From Paraspadella gotoi (taxonomy: Eukaryota > Animalia > Chaetognatha), in assembly GCA_051294375.1 (NCBI GenBank), contig CM119264.1, positions 12,092,263 through 12,156,262 of the forward strand: a DNA stretch of 64,000 bases. Reading direction: 5' to 3'. The position numbers and the translations under genes were made by a program. Below, piece after piece: positions 1 through 29,256 of the stretch (positions within the stretch are counted from its first letter, which is position 1; each line of letters starts with the position of its first letter). The notes beneath the pieces were generated by a model that was given only the letters and a program-made list of their open reading frames with translations, was not told the DNA's origin and searched no databases.

Positions 1-10
1 AACCTAACCA

Positions 11-42
<32 letters not shown>

Positions 43-89
43 TCCTCTCTCTCTCACTCTCCTCTCCTCTCTCTCCTCTCCCTCTCTCT

Positions 90-534
90 GCCCTACCCGG
101 CCGTCATGACAATGAAAACGAGAAAGAACAGCGGAGAACCGAACTGCGTCTTCAGGAGATGCAACAGCAACGTCAACAAATACAGCAATGACGATAACGT
201 CTAAAAAATTGGGAACAGAACTTCAACTTCAACTTCAACTTCACCATCAAAGTCGACTGATGACAGCCAGAGGTATTTTTAAACGTAAGATGAACTTGAA
301 CTACAAGAACCGAATGAAGAAAGGCAGAGAAATTTTTTTAACAATTCCCAACTGATTTATTTTTAAATCTCAAACTTTCCCTGAAATCGTGGGGAAAAGA
401 AAATCGTTCAACTGGTTGAGGCGACGAGGCAACGAAAAAGAGATGAGAAAGGGTTGGCTGCCGGAGAGAAAGAAAGACGGAACTTGGCGGAAAAGGGGAG
501 GGGAAAGTCATCCAGAGAGAATTGGGCTTCGATG

Positions 535-569
<35 letters not shown>

Positions 570-1265
570 TAAAGATTGTTCTTAAACAAACAAGATACAC
601 GAACCGATGATGGGATCGAAGAACAAGAGGACGGACAGAGAGACGAAAAGAAGGATGGATGGAAGTAGAAGCAAAAGATGGATAGACGGACACACAATGT
701 GCTAAAAAACGATGATCAGACTGACTTGGATGGATCGGGAAACGGACAAAAGGATAGAGAGAGAATTGTTTTTGTTTTTTTTCCTTTGCCAGATTGAAAA
801 AAAAGGAGAAACTGCGAGGAAATCGTGTTTTGAAATAATAAAACTTATTTTCTCTCTCTTCTGCTTTGAGTTTCTTATTACCATTCGTTCTCCCCATTTC
901 CACGCTTCCTTTTTTTATTCTTTTCTTTTTCTTTTTCTTTCTTTTTCTTTATCTCCCGTCATTTGATTTCCCTTATTTGAGAAAAAACTGAATTTTGTCT
1001 TCGTTGTTGTTTTCCGTTTAATCGTTGCAAGTGACCGCAACTGCGTCAAAAGGCAACACTTTTTAAACTCCTCAAAGAAGCAGTTGTCGAGAACCGCGAA
1101 CCCGAAACCTTCAGGGCAAGAATCAGTTCATCTTCGTCGTCGACATCGTCGCAGTCGCCGTCGTCTTCGTCAAATATAAATTACAATTCAGCGCGAAAAA
1201 AAAAAAAAAATTTGATCGAATCCAAAGTTTTTTCATTCGCCGATCTTTTTTTTCCTCGATGTCGA
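90..1265 (+). repeat. Copy 1 of a ~1.2 kb direct duplication (copy 2 at ~5235-6500)
   Basis: Colinear text from 'ctacccggccgtcat' to 'ctcgatgtc' recurs at ~5235-6500. Copy 2 differs mostly by scattered 1-bp insertions. Confidence 0.9.
534..569. repeat. (GAC)n trinucleotide microsatellite (another at ~13830-13866, just upstream of the SAMD5-SASH1 start)
   Basis: Seen directly. Confidence 0.95.
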
Positions 1266-1880
1266 AGAGACCGAAGTTTATGGGGCGAAGATCTGAATTT
1301 CAGTTTAGGGTCCAATGAGTGGAGATCTCGCTAAGTCGGTCGGTCTGTGCGGTGAATGGAGTTCAAAATGAGTGGGTTGGGGAGAGCGCTTTTTCAAGTG
1401 AAAAGTTTGAAGGACAAGGTTAAAGAGGATGTCGGGAGAAACAATATGAAGCGGATTGACGCTTTTTTCACGGAATTCTTAGCTGCTCTATCTATTTGGC
1501 TGTGGACACTAAATTTTTCTGACCTGTGAGCAAAGCCCCCTTTTTACAGGCAACAGCATCTCGTGCGAGTGAGCTTTAAGGTAGTAGTTTTCTGACAAAG
1601 AAGATGCGAGATGATTGAGATATAATTTAGGAATTGTTGGTGAGTTTTTTAGTGAGACATACCAATAACGTTGCAAGGATAGTGTTCAAAAAGCTATAAT
1701 GAAAATTAAGTAGATTATAGATTGTAAGAAAGCAACTCGTCTTTGCAAACGGTGGCAATGTTGGTCGCATCACAAAGATCTGATGGTGATGAGGAGGTAG
1801 TGAAAACGCTCCGAAGGATGTTAAGGTTGGACAAGAGCGGAAACGCGACGCCGCCAACGAGTTAGTCGCTTCGTCAGGCC
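1266..1880 (+). mobile_element. Possible degenerate 3' fragment of a non-LTR (RTE-like) retrotransposon ORF
   Basis: Reading ~1470-1830 with frameshifts gives remnants resembling the post-RT 'ILxxLxFGCETWxL...LQA...R...D..R...I' region of RTE-clade LINEs. It begins where duplication copy 1 stops matching copy 2. No intact ORF. Confidence 0.3.
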
Positions 1881-2154
1881 CCCCGGGGAAAAAAAAAATG
1901 AAAAAAAAAAAAAATTTTTTTTATGCGCGGCCCGCCCGAGTAAAGAAAAGAAAAAAAAAAAGCCCTTTATTTTTTCCCCCGGGGCTCCCGAACTTCCTTA
2001 GAGCCAATGCGCCGCGGCGGCCGCTGCCCGACGCCGCTGGCGCCGCCATGGCCGGCCGACGCCGAACGGCGCGACGCCGGCGGCATAGCACGCCGCGCCT
2101 TCACTTCGCGGTGCAAATCTTTGTGCAAAAAGGTCCTTTAAGATTGGGGGCAGA

Positions 2155-2222
2155 TGGGGAGAGAGGAGAGAGTAGAGAGAGAGAGAAGAGAGTACGAGAG
2201 AAGAGAAGAGAGAGAGAGAGAG

Positions 2223-2254
<32 letters not shown>

Positions 2255-2449
2255 TAAGAGAAAGACTCGGTTGGGAAGTTGTTTTTGGGGTTGAAAAGTT
2301 TCTCGTTTTTGAAGAATCCCGCAGCTTTTGGGGATTTTTAAAAGGACCGAAGGAGAGTGACCTCGTCTCAAAACAAGAGGAGAGAAGGAAGAAGAAAGAA
2401 GAGGAATGATGTTCTAAACGTGAAAAAGAAAAAGAAAGAAAGAAAGAAA

Positions 2450-2486
<37 letters not shown>

Positions 2487-2810
2487 AAAGAATAGAAAGA
2501 AAGAAAAGAAAAAAAAAGGGAAAATAGAAAAAGATAGAAAGAAAAGAAAAAGAAAGAAGAAAGAAAGAAAGAGAAAGAAGTAAAAGAAAGAAAAAAGAAA
2601 GAAAAGAAAAGAAAGAAAAGAAAGAAAGAAAGAAAGAAAGAAAGAAAAAAAGGGAAAAATTTAGAAAAAGAAAGAAAAGAAAGAAGAAAGAAAGAAAAGA
2701 AATGATAAGAGACAGAAAGAAGGAAGAAAGATAAGATAAGATAGATAAAGAAAGAAACAAAGAAATGAAAAATAGGGAAAGAAAGAAACGAACGAAAGGA
2801 AGAGAGAGAG
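2155..2810. repeat. Purine-rich (GA)n/(GAAA)n low-complexity tract
   Basis: Seen directly; explains the F/S/L-rich spurious ORFs. Confidence 0.95.
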
Positions 2811-3752
2811 AATTCGAAACAAAAACAGAACCCGATCCTTTCGCGGAATAGAGAGAAAAAAAAAGGGGTTGAAGCTTTTTCTCTCTCACTCAACTAAAAA
2901 TGAAAAATACATAGAAGATTCGGTTTGGAACAGATGTTGATCCAGTTTGCGAACAAAGAATTTTATTCCCGGTCATTATCGAGGAATGCCTCGAACGCTG
3001 ATTGGGTCCCGCGTTTCCTCGGGCCGTCGATTGGTACAAATAAACTTCTCCGTAAAACGATAGCGGAATCTTTTTTGTCCGTTTTTTTCTTCATTCGCAT
3101 TTTTTCTTTCTTTCATTCTTTCTCTTTTCGAATTCTTTGTTCGCAGAGGAATCCCCGCCCCCGCCCTCGCCCACCTTTTCCCGCCGCTTTTCTCGTCGCC
3201 AGTTTCCTTTTTTTGCTTACGAGCACCCAATGCACAAAGAGATTTTTTCCAAATTGCAACTAAAAACCTCGGTTCTATGTTCGTTTAAACCAATCAAAAG
3301 ACGTGTTTTTTTTTCGTTCATACCAATACGACCTAGTTTGTTTTTCTTTCAGTTTTACCAATAAGAGCAAGAGGATCAATAAAATGAATGTGTTGTGAAA
3401 GTGCTTTGTTTGATTACTCCAATCATGAACAGTTTCTTTCTCTCCATATCATTATATGATAAATAATTCATTTTCTGACAGTTCAAAAAAGTTCGTAGTA
3501 GGCAATCACAAACGAATCTCAAAACGACAGTTCGTCTCACAGTTATCAACTTTGCGATCAACTCCTTCTTATCCTCTACGAAGTAGATCTCTTTATTTTT
3601 TTTCTTTCCCTTCCCCCATTTCCTTCCCCTTATCCCCTCCCCTTAGTCCCCGTTCCATCCCCTCTTCCTCCCCGGAGCCCGAGGGGGAACGCAGCGACGG
3701 ATTTACGAGAGAAGAACCGATGAACCCAGTTTGTATAAAGAGGGAATAAATA

Positions 3753-3954
3753 AGGGGGCGAATCGGCCAGGCGGACAGGCCCGCTCCGGGGGAGGACTGG
3801 CTCATTCCGAGGAAGACGGGCAAGCAACGGGGAGGACGGGCAGGCTCTGAGGAGGACGGGCATGGCCGATAGAGGGACGGACAGGTCCCCACAACGGATT
3901 GGCTCTGAGGAGAACTGACTGGCTGCTCTCGTCCTCGACACTGATTTCGCCCCC
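3753..3954. mobile_element. Small GC-rich element with short inverted ends (MITE-like)
   Basis: GGGGGCGAATCGG at the left end vs CTGATTTCGCCCCC at the right end; internal repeats of 'ggacgggca' and 'ggctctgagga'. Confidence 0.35.
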
Positions 3955-4391
3955 AAAGGTTTTTTTTTCTGTCCCTGACCTTTGCCACGTATATATATAT
4001 ATATATATAGCGATCATCTCATCGTCTCTCCTCCTCTCTATCTCTCTCTCTCTCTCTCTCTCCTCTCTTCTCTCTCTCTCTCTCTCCTCTAGACTTAACG
4101 TCGTTTTCAATGCAAAACTTTTATCTTTGAACATTTTCTTTTTGTGATAATTCGTTTTATAATAATACTTATTCGCACTTTAATTCTCACTCCTCTAACT
4201 ATGTTTCCTTTTGTTTTTTTCTCCTTTCTTGTATTCCCCATTCATCCAACCTGACCCTTCCCCTCCCCTCAACCTATTCAATGAAAACGTTCTCCGCCCC
4301 TCTCCCCCTCCTCACTCCCACCCAGCTCGCTTAACATCTGACCGAATCCTCCTCCACAGTAGTAATTCAGCCTTTTTTTCCCCTCAAGCGA

Positions 4392-4416
4392 NNNNNNNNN
4401 NNNNNNNNNNNNNNNN
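4392..4416. other. Assembly gap of exactly 25 N (also 36264-36288 and 58595-58619); other gaps at 24705-24714, 49214-49485, 49633-49642
   Basis: N runs counted directly. A fixed 25-N placeholder is typical of PBJelly-style long-read gap filling. Confidence 0.95.
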
Positions 4417-5234
4417 TGCTGTGCGCGGCGTCTCTGGCCTGCTGACGATGTCTGCAATTTCTGATATTGTTTCCCTTCCTTGCGACCGCCCTCTTACACA
4501 TTGCTTCAGCCCAGTCCGGATTAGCTAACTCCTGAGCTTCTTGTCTGCGCTGGCTTTCGTTTCTAACATACCTCTCTTCTCCTCTCTCTCTCTCATCTCG
4601 CCTTCTCTCTTCTTCTCTTCTCTCTCTCTCTCTTTCCTTCATCCTCCCCCAATCCAACGAACTCCGTCGGCTCGGAGGCTTTCTTTCTTATTCTCGCGTC
4701 CATTCGTCTTCGAATTGAAGCTTCAAACTCGACGCAAGAAAAGACCGTCCCTCCCCTCTCGCCGTCCGCCCGGTCCGCGCCGCGTCCACTCGATTTTCCG
4801 AGCCGCAGCGCCGTCATTTGGCGGAAAGAGAGAGAACCGGCGGGCAAAGACGGAAGTTGATGGGCAGAGACCAGAAAGGCGAGCGGTGTTTGCCCGGCTG
4901 CGGAATCGAAGCAAAGAAGGATGGCCACGAAAATGATCCGTTTGCGTATATAAAGCCGCTATTAGAAGTTCTGGAAAAAAGAATGATGTGGAGCAGAAAA
5001 GGAGAGAGGCTGAAAGTGGGAAGGTTGAAGACAGGAAGACAGAAAAGGAGAAATGAGAGGAAGACGGAAAGTTGGAGAGGAGAAGAAGGGAGGTTATGGG
5101 AGGTAAGGGATTTACGGGGGGAATTTCTTGAGTTTTATTTTGTTCTAAACTAGGAGCGCTCTGTCTTCTCTCTCGCTCTCTGTCTCTCTTTCCTCTCTCT
5201 TCTCTCTCTCCCTCTCTCTCCCTCTCTTCTGCCT

Positions 5235-6500
5235 CTACCCGGCCGTCATTGACATATGAAAACGAGAAAGAACAGCGGGAGAACCGAACTTGCGTCTTCA
5301 TGGAAGATTGCTAACAGCAACGGTCACAATATACAGCAATGACTGATAACTGTCTAAAAATTGGAAACAGAACTTCAATCAGTTTAAAATAGCAAATTTT
5401 CAACTTCACCATCAAAGTCGACTTGATGACAGGCCAGAGGGCTATTTTAAACGTAAGATGACGTTGTAACAACAAGAATCCGAGATGAAGAAAGGCAGAG
5501 AAATTTTTTTTAACAATTCCCAACTGATTTTATTTTTTTAAATCTCAAACTTTCCTGAAATCTGGGGCGAAAATGAAAAATCGTTAACTGGTTGAGGGCA
5601 ACGTACTCTGGCAACGGAAAAGAGATGAGAAAAAGGCGTTTGGCTGCCGCGAGAGAAAGAAAGACGGAACTTGGCGGAAAAAGGGGAGGGAAAGTTGCAT
5701 CCAGAGATGAATTGGGCTTCGATGGACTGAGACACGACGACGATCGACGACGACGCGACGACAACAATCGACGACGGGACGACGATTTAAGATTGTTTCT
5801 TAAACCAAACAAGATACACGAACTTATTGATGGATTCGAATGAACAATGAGGACGGACAGAGAGAGAAAAGAAGGATGGATTGGAAGTAGAAGCAAAAGA
5901 TGGGTATAGACGGGACACACAATGCTGCTAAAAAACGTATGATCAGACTGACTTGGAGTGTGATCGGTGAAACGGACAAAAGGATTAGAGAGAGATTGTT
6001 TTGTTTTTGTTTTTTTCTTTGCCAGATTGAAAAAAAAGGAGAAACTGCGAGGAAATGTGTTTTGAAATAATAAAACTTTATTTTTCTCTCTCTTCTGTTT
6101 TGAGTTTCTTATTACCATGCGTTCTCCCCATTTCCACGGGCTTCCTTTTTATTCTTTTTTTTTTTTTTTTTTCTTTTTCTTATCTCCCGTCATTTGATTT
6201 CCCTTATTTGAGAAAAAAGTGAATTTGTCTTCTGTTGTTGTTTTCCGTTTAATCGTTGCATGACGCAACTGCGTCAAAAGGCTAACACTTTTTTAAAACT
6301 CTCAAAGAAGCAGTTGTCGAGAACGCGAACGGAAAACCTTCAGTTGGCTAGAATCAGTTGTCATCTTCGTCGTCGACATCGTCGCAGTCGCTCGTGTCTT
6401 TCGTCAAATATAAATTACAATTTCAGCGCGAAAAAAAAAAAAATTTGGATTTCGAATCCAAGTTTTTTCTTCGCCGATCTTTTTTTTCTCGATGTCCGAA
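5235..6500 (+). repeat. Copy 2 of the ~1.2 kb direct duplication; insertion-rich, probably poorly corrected long-read sequence
   Basis: Same sequence as 90-1265 with many single-base insertions (e.g. the (GAC)n tract is corrupted). A 25-N gap lies between the copies. Confidence 0.85.
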
Positions 6501-9500
6501 AGGCGATGTTATCTTCTCTGCCTCACAGCGATACACAGCTCTATTTATATTTTTTCTCCTCGTTTTATATAACGATCTGACAATTATACGATTTGTTTAT
6601 TATGTTTGACCCGACCCCGGGGTGAGCGTCGGGGTGAGTCTGGTTCGGTGGCCGCAGCTGCGGCGTCGCAAGGCGGCGGTGTGCTGCCGCGGCCGCAGGG
6701 TGCAGCGGATTTCGTGAGTTTCGTTTCAAAAAAAAATTGTGTTTTGATTATTTTCCATTTTTTTGGTTTCGATATCGATTTTGAATTTTCGAACTCGTTG
6801 TCACACGCCACATATTTTTACATATTTTATTTCAATTACATGAGTCACTAACGAAAAAGCGGAATGGAATAAAAGGACGATCGCAACATTGACATTGAAA
6901 TGACAATGACAATGACATTAACAATGACAACATTGACAATGAAGAATCGAAGATGTCGGCGATGATGACATTAATTTAATTGTTGTCTACGACGACGACG
7001 ACGACCATGAAGATGATTACGACGGAAACTATTCGAATGACGATGGTGATGACGACGAAGACGACGACGACGACGACTATGCTGCGGTGGCCGTCATTCG
7101 ATATTCATGAGCCGAAGTCATGGAAGCATCAAAACTTGAAATATTCATGGTTCGGTCTCGGCCAAGTTCCGAAACCGTCGACGAAAAGATGGAATCGAAT
7201 GGAATCAAGAAAAAAAAGTGGAGACGGAAAAAAAGATTTTGGAAGGACGTGATCCGGTTTCGAGCGACGACGGTGAAAGTGATTCGTCGAATCTCACTCC
7301 TCCACGCGGTTGTCGAGGTGTCACGAAGTTCTTTGCCAAATGAATTTATTTCGGTTTTTTTTTTTATCATTGATGTTAAATCATTTTGTTTTGAGAGGCT
7401 TTCTCGCAACTCTCAAGCCCTTTTATTAGTTTACTAAATAGCATGGAAGAGTTTGTGGTCGAGATAAAAAAAAGGCAAACCTGAGATGAATCGATTTTTA
7501 TTGAAACCAGAACGGAAAATGGAATCGCATTGACTGGTTAATGGTCTTTGAACAAACGGAGCAAAGTAATTCCTTAGCGAGCATTGTATTTTTAAAAGAG
7601 ATCGGTCGGCGATTTTATTTCTTTCCGACGGGATTTCCACTATTTAATTTATTTTTTAATGATTTATCTCTTCGCCTTCCTGTATTTTTCGCTTTCCTTT
7701 TCCCCAACCCTTTTCTAATAAACCTGATTACATTTTACATGCTAATACGTAGTTTTCTCTCGGGATTTTTTCCTCTTTTATTCAATTTCGATTAATTTGT
7801 AAATTTTTGTTTTCATTCCATCCCCCACCCCCACGATCCACGCGTCCTGTTTTCCTTTTGAGTTGTTTTCTTCCTCTCTCCATCCATCCATCCATCCGTC
7901 CATCCGTCCATCTAGTCGAGAGGCCGAAAGAGAAGCCGACTGAAGTGAAACTCCCTCGGGATGGCAGCTGCAGCCTCTTGAGACGAAAGCCTTAAATACG
8001 CCGCCGCACGACATCAAGTCCCGAAAATTGGAAAGGGGGCCCGGGGGGGGTGGAGATTCAAGTGAGGGGGTTAAAGTGTTGGGAGATGAGAAAAAAGAGG
8101 GGAGAGGGTTTAGGAATTAAAAAAAAGAAAGAAAACTAAAGTTAGGGGTTGGATATGAAGCCTTAAATGACCTGAATAAACGCGGTAGGGGTTTATAGGA
8201 AAGGGCGATTAAAAGTAAGTGCACTTAAGGGGGGCATGTCGAGAGATGCCTCGTTCGATATTAAATGGGCGGTCAATTGAAATGCACGAGATATCGACGG
8301 CCTCTCCGTACGGTGAAATTTAATGGCATCAATAAAACGAGAAAACAATAGCGACTTCCGTCGACATCGACCACGAAAGCCGAGCTTAGTATTAATGGTT
8401 TAAATTAGTTTTTGTTTTCAATAATATTTTTTTTAATTAATTTTTAAAAGAATGAATGAAATAATAGTATAAAATATATTGGCATTTTTTATTATTATTT
8501 ATTATTTTTCCTATTTTTCTTCTCGCAGAGAAAGTTTCGTCGTTTTTTTTCTCCGTAAACGAAAAGGAAAAACGAAATTTGACGGAATCAAGAATAAAAG
8601 GGACTCAGCTGTGAAACGCCGATGTATAAATATCGATAGTGAGGGGAAGGATGGAGTGGAGAAATAGCAGGGGGGTGGCAGAAAAGGGTACATAGGCGGC
8701 ATGAGGTGTGGATGAATGGAAGGGCGGAGCTCTCTTGGGTTTTTTCCCCGCGGTTGCCGCAAAAAAAAAACCCAAAAAAACGAGGTTGTCAACCGATCGT
8801 TGAAGTTTTGCAATGAAATTCCAATTTCGAATCCTCTTGTCGTTTTGCGTTTAAAGTCAAGATGAAATCGCCACAATCCGACAACGCAATCTCTCTACGA
8901 CTTTTACGCCAATCTTAAAGCCAATCTCTTTAATAAAGACTTTAATAAAGACTTTAATAAAGACTTCATCATATTCACCACGAAACAACGAATTCCGCGT
9001 CGAAAATGCGAAGCTACGCCAGCGCAGAAGCTAAGAGCGAAAGAATTGAAAATCAGTTCCGCAAACGAAGCCCTTTTTTTTGGGGCGGGAGTTTGCGAGA
9101 TGGAGTAAGAGATAGAGAAGGAAAGAGAGAAGGGAGAAGGGAGAGTGAGTTTCAAATGGAGATTGTGTTTTATGTTGGATAGAGAAATGGAGCTAAGGAC
9201 AAAGGCGATAGGATAACTCTTTGATTTTGGGAGAAAAAGAGGAAATAGGGAAAGACAAGGAAAGAAGGGGAAATTCCGAAATATCGTATGGAACGCGCAA
9301 AAAATTTCTGAGGCAAAAAAACACTTTCCCTATTTATTCGTCCATGAAGCTAAACCGGGCGCGTGCCGATGCAATTGGGGCGGGGGGGGGACGAGGCGAC
9401 GTAACGAGCAATTGTTGCTTGAAAACGATTTTCGTGCTACGTATCAAAGCCTTAATTTTCGTTTTGACAACTGATGGGTGAATCCTATGTGACTCCTTTT

Positions 9501-12192
9501 TTCAACTTTCACCTGCTCTCAATTTTTGCCTCAAATTAACGATCACGAATCGTTGGCCTTTCGCCCCACCTCCCGCCCCCCGCCGCCCCTTCCGCCTCTT
9601 CCCAGCCCCTCCTCTCTCTCGCTCCTCTTCCCGCCCTTTCCTCATTTTTTTTCCTCTGACCAAGACCCAAATAAAAATCGGACGTAACCCGCGAAAACTT
9701 TAACCTCGACCTCGCTCCGTCTCTCTTGGCATTGCGCGACTGACCGACGGACCGACCAGTCGAAATACCGACCGACCGACCAAATACGACCGATCCTAAA
9801 GTATTGATTGTGGACGGCGATCTTCTCGTGAATTTTGATTTGCCAATTCTGACTCGAATTGAACTGTATTTCGCGAATAATTATTCTCGATAAAACGTCA
9901 CTAGAACCGATCTGTTCAAAGTCGCCAATAAACTGATCTCCCCAATGGAGGCTTCGATCCCCTGACCTTCGCAGACGCAAAGTTACGATCGAGCGACGGA
10001 GAAGGCGCAGTCGTGCGAAGGAGGAACCGAAGACCGAAAAGCGGCGACTCCATCGACATTTGAGAATCCAAATTTAGGGAGTTGTTCTTCACTGCCTCTC
10101 TGCCTCAGTTATCTGTCCCGACAATCGCCAAATCTGCTAATTTGGTTGCGAATACTTTTGCATATATCGCCCAAACCGTAAATGCCATCAAAATAATAGT
10201 CAACTCTGACATACAATTCGACAAAGCTATCGATACAGCGAAAGAAACAATACAATACAAGCAATAAGCAAATCACTGCTAACTCTGTCATTTACACTTT
10301 TGACACAACTGACAATTCCATCGGCCCAGCCGAATTGTTAAAGTCGCTAATTTACGAATCACCGCCCTCTCTGCCATTCATACTTTTCACGCCGTCAAAA
10401 CCGCCAATGTCATCGACACAACCGTGTATACCGCCGATGCCGAAAATCCCGCCAACTCGGACGACGATCCCAACTTCGCCAACTTCGCGCTTCGCCGCTA
10501 CAATTATTCCCTTTTCCTCTCTTTTCGTTCCCTTTGGGCCGATACTTAATCGAATCTGTGGTCACTCGTTGCGCGCCAATTTTACAATTTCAACCCAGGC
10601 TCTCTCTCCCATTCCTCTCCCATTCCTCTCCCATTCCTCTCCCAGAGCTCCATCCTTCATTCTCCTCCTCCTCCTCCTCCTCTTTTCGTTCCACGGTTCT
10701 TTCCAACGCTTCAGTCGCTCCGGTTTATAATTCTTTTGTTGCTGACAGAGAAAAATACGAAAAACTAAAAGAGTTTCTTATTTATGCACTAAACGATTTG
10801 CACCCTGCCGACTCTCTCTCTCTCTCTCTCGCTCTCTCTGTCTTTTTTTTCTTTCTTTTTTTTAGTTTTTTCTTTCTTTCTTTCTCCATTTACACACTCT
10901 CTCTCTCTTTCTCCCTTAACTTTTTTTATATATGTATTTTTGACCCGATTTTTCGAATGTTGAACTTGTCACCAGAGTTCACAATTTATTGACTTTTCTT
11001 TTCCTCTTCTTTTTTTTTTTCCTAATCTTTACTCTTCCTTCCTTTTTTTTTCTCCTTTTCCTTTCTTTTTCAACTCCTCTCGTTCCTCCACCGAATCCTC
11101 TTTTCTCCTTCTCCCTCTTATTCTCTTCTCTTTCAACGCTGTCAATTATTTCCTGTTACTTGGCAGGCTTTCGCCCTTCGGCTTTTAAAAGCCCTCGTCG
11201 CGCTAAATGGATCGCGTGTGCTTGTTCGGGAGATGGTGATTGGTGCTGGTGATTGGCGCTGGTAGGAGATGGTAATCAACTAATCATGGTTTATGTTTTG
11301 TAGCGATGATGATTTATGAGGGACGGATTTGTGTCCGAAAGAAGAGGAGGCAGTTTCTATCCGTTTAACCTGAATTAGTCTTGCTTAGACTACTTAATTT
11401 AGGAAACCCAAAACTTAAAATATATACGTACTTCTTTATCTTTCGTTTTTGTCTTTATTTTATTGTTGAATGTTACCTGCGATTCAGTTGAAACTCAGCG
11501 ACGTGAAATTCGAGCGAGGATAATGGATTCTTAAATCTTTAATCCTGGAATCCAACGCGGGACATTCTCAATTTGGACTCATTAACAGAGGCGGAACCTC
11601 GTTTTACGACCAAAGAGGGAGCCTTTTCTTCGCTTCATCACCTTGAAAACCTGGAGGAAGAAACTTAGCTCGAGAAAATAAAATGAAGCTTTGATAGTTT
11701 GGAAAGGAAATCAATTTCAGACTTATTAACAAGTTAAGGGATAAGGGAAAAAAATAATTTGCTTGAGACTTTAGAAATGAAGCCAAGAACTTGAAAATTT
11801 TAAAAAAAATATTAATGAAAAATTGAAATTTGAAATTTATAAAGTGGTTTGTTTTTCTTGTTGAAGGAGAAGGGAAAGAATTTGAAATAAAGCCAATTCT
11901 AAGGGAATTTAAATCTTCTATGAGAGTTGTTTAAACTTTCTAAGAAAGCGAAAACATCGCCACAAATCATAATACAACAATGTCGTTTACAGTTTATGAA
12001 ACAAACTAAAAAAAAAAACAGTTTGATAAGTTCATCAAAGAGGTTTGAAACCCTGCAATTGGGTGTTTTGGCAAAATGGCGCGAAGCAGCAAATTCTTCC
12101 TTTCGCCTTCCACCATAATCTATCAAGATTAAGCGACTTTTCTTTCCCTTCAGCCGCCAGTCGCTTTTTGAGTGAGCGTCGCGTGGCGCGAG

Positions 12193-12407
12193 TGGATGAA
12201 TGTGGTTCGTGTCGTGGGCGCCAATATGGATGAATGTGGTTCTATAAATGGGAGCAAATACGAATGAATGTGGTTTGAATAACGGAAGTGAATACGGATG
12301 AATGTGGTTTGAACAAAGGAGGTGAATACGGATGAATGTGGTTTGAATAACGGAAGTGAATACGAATAAATGTGGTTTGAATAACGGAAGTGAATACGGA
12401 TGAATGT
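12193..12407. repeat. 34-bp minisatellite, ~6.3 copies (consensus CGGATGAATGTGGTTTGAATAACGGAAGTGAATA)
   Basis: Head-to-tail units seen directly; the first two are more diverged in their second half. Confidence 0.9.
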
Positions 12408-13655
12408 CGTCGCCGTGGCGGTTTTCATTTTGGGTCTTAACGTGGATAACAAATGGATATAAATGTGTCTTTCGCATAAGTGCGTAAAGCGTAATGAGTC
12501 AAGTCAAATTTGATTTTACGATTAATTTTAGGATTAAATTTCGTGCTAAGTATTCAGTAATATCACTGAAGTTTTTGATGACTAAATATTTAAAAAAAAG
12601 TTTGTTTTTCTCAGAATTGATAGTCGGGATTTTTCGGTTTATTCCGTATTTTATAATTATACTACGAGTCTTGATTAATGCGATGAAAAAAAACAGTTTC
12701 CTCTCAAAGTTCAACTCGATTGAGAAAACCGATCGAATATAAAAATTAAAGAGAGAGTTGGTTCAATAGCTGACTCAGCCCGCTTAATAGAATACAATAA
12801 ATCTTAAATGAATAGAAATAAAAGGTAATTTGTAAAAAAATTTATGGCATAGCGATTTATTTTTCTGTCGCACGTATATTTCAAACGAATTGATTTTAAT
12901 TTAAAATTCTGTTTCTTTCAGATTCGCGTGACTGTCGCGTCAGGAATCCGAATTTTTTTTTTAACTTCAAAAAACTCAAAAAACCCGGGAAAAAAATCCG
13001 AATTAACTTTTGAAAATTGGAGCAGAAATCGATAAAAGAAAAATACATTGAGTAAAAAATATCGATAAAAGAAACGAAGAATCTACAAAAAGTGAAAATG
13101 AAAAAGACTAAAAAAATTTGTTGAGTGCCTCCCAAATAAAATTCTCTCTCTCTCTCTCTCTCTCTCGTCTCTCATCTCTTCTCTTTCTGCGCCTCGATGA
13201 AAAGTCTGAGCGACAGTGAAAAACGAGAAATGCGGAAATAAATCAACGGGAAAACATCACAAAAGAAAAAAAATTCATATCAAAATAAAAAAGATGGAAA
13301 GAGGAAAAGAAATTTACTATGTGTCGTGAAAATATATAAGCTAATGCGAAATAAATACAACATCGATATATTTAATTCCGACGGTTGACACGACGGCGGA
13401 TTTTTAATCTTCGGAATCTCGGGATTAACGATAATGAAAAAATAGCGAGCGACGTCCGACTCAGATATATCGGCTCGCCACAACGTCGGCAATTTCGTTC
13501 CGGCACTCTCTATCGGTGCTGCCATCTCGGCAGCGGAAAAGGGGGACATCGAATCCACTGAGAAAATAGACAAAAGGGAAAGCGAACGAGAAATCTTACA
13601 TCGAGAACGAAAAAAAAAAAAATAAAAAGAAAAACTCGAGATAAAATGAGGCTGA

Positions 13656-29256
<15,601 letters not shown>

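Noticed and set aside
11475-11650. Minus-strand segment bounded by acceptor- and donor-like sites
   Set aside because: Stops in all three frames; at most a non-coding exon, which cannot be supported from sequence alone.
12193-12407. Conserved 15-mer recurring every 34 bp, superficially CRISPR-like
   Set aside because: The intervening halves are homologous to each other, the context is eukaryotic and there are no cas genes; it is a minisatellite.
338-13573. Many ORF-track entries rich in F/S/L or E/R
   Set aside because: They arise from (CT)n, (GA)n, (GAAA)n and poly-T tracts and show no domains or coherent splice structure.
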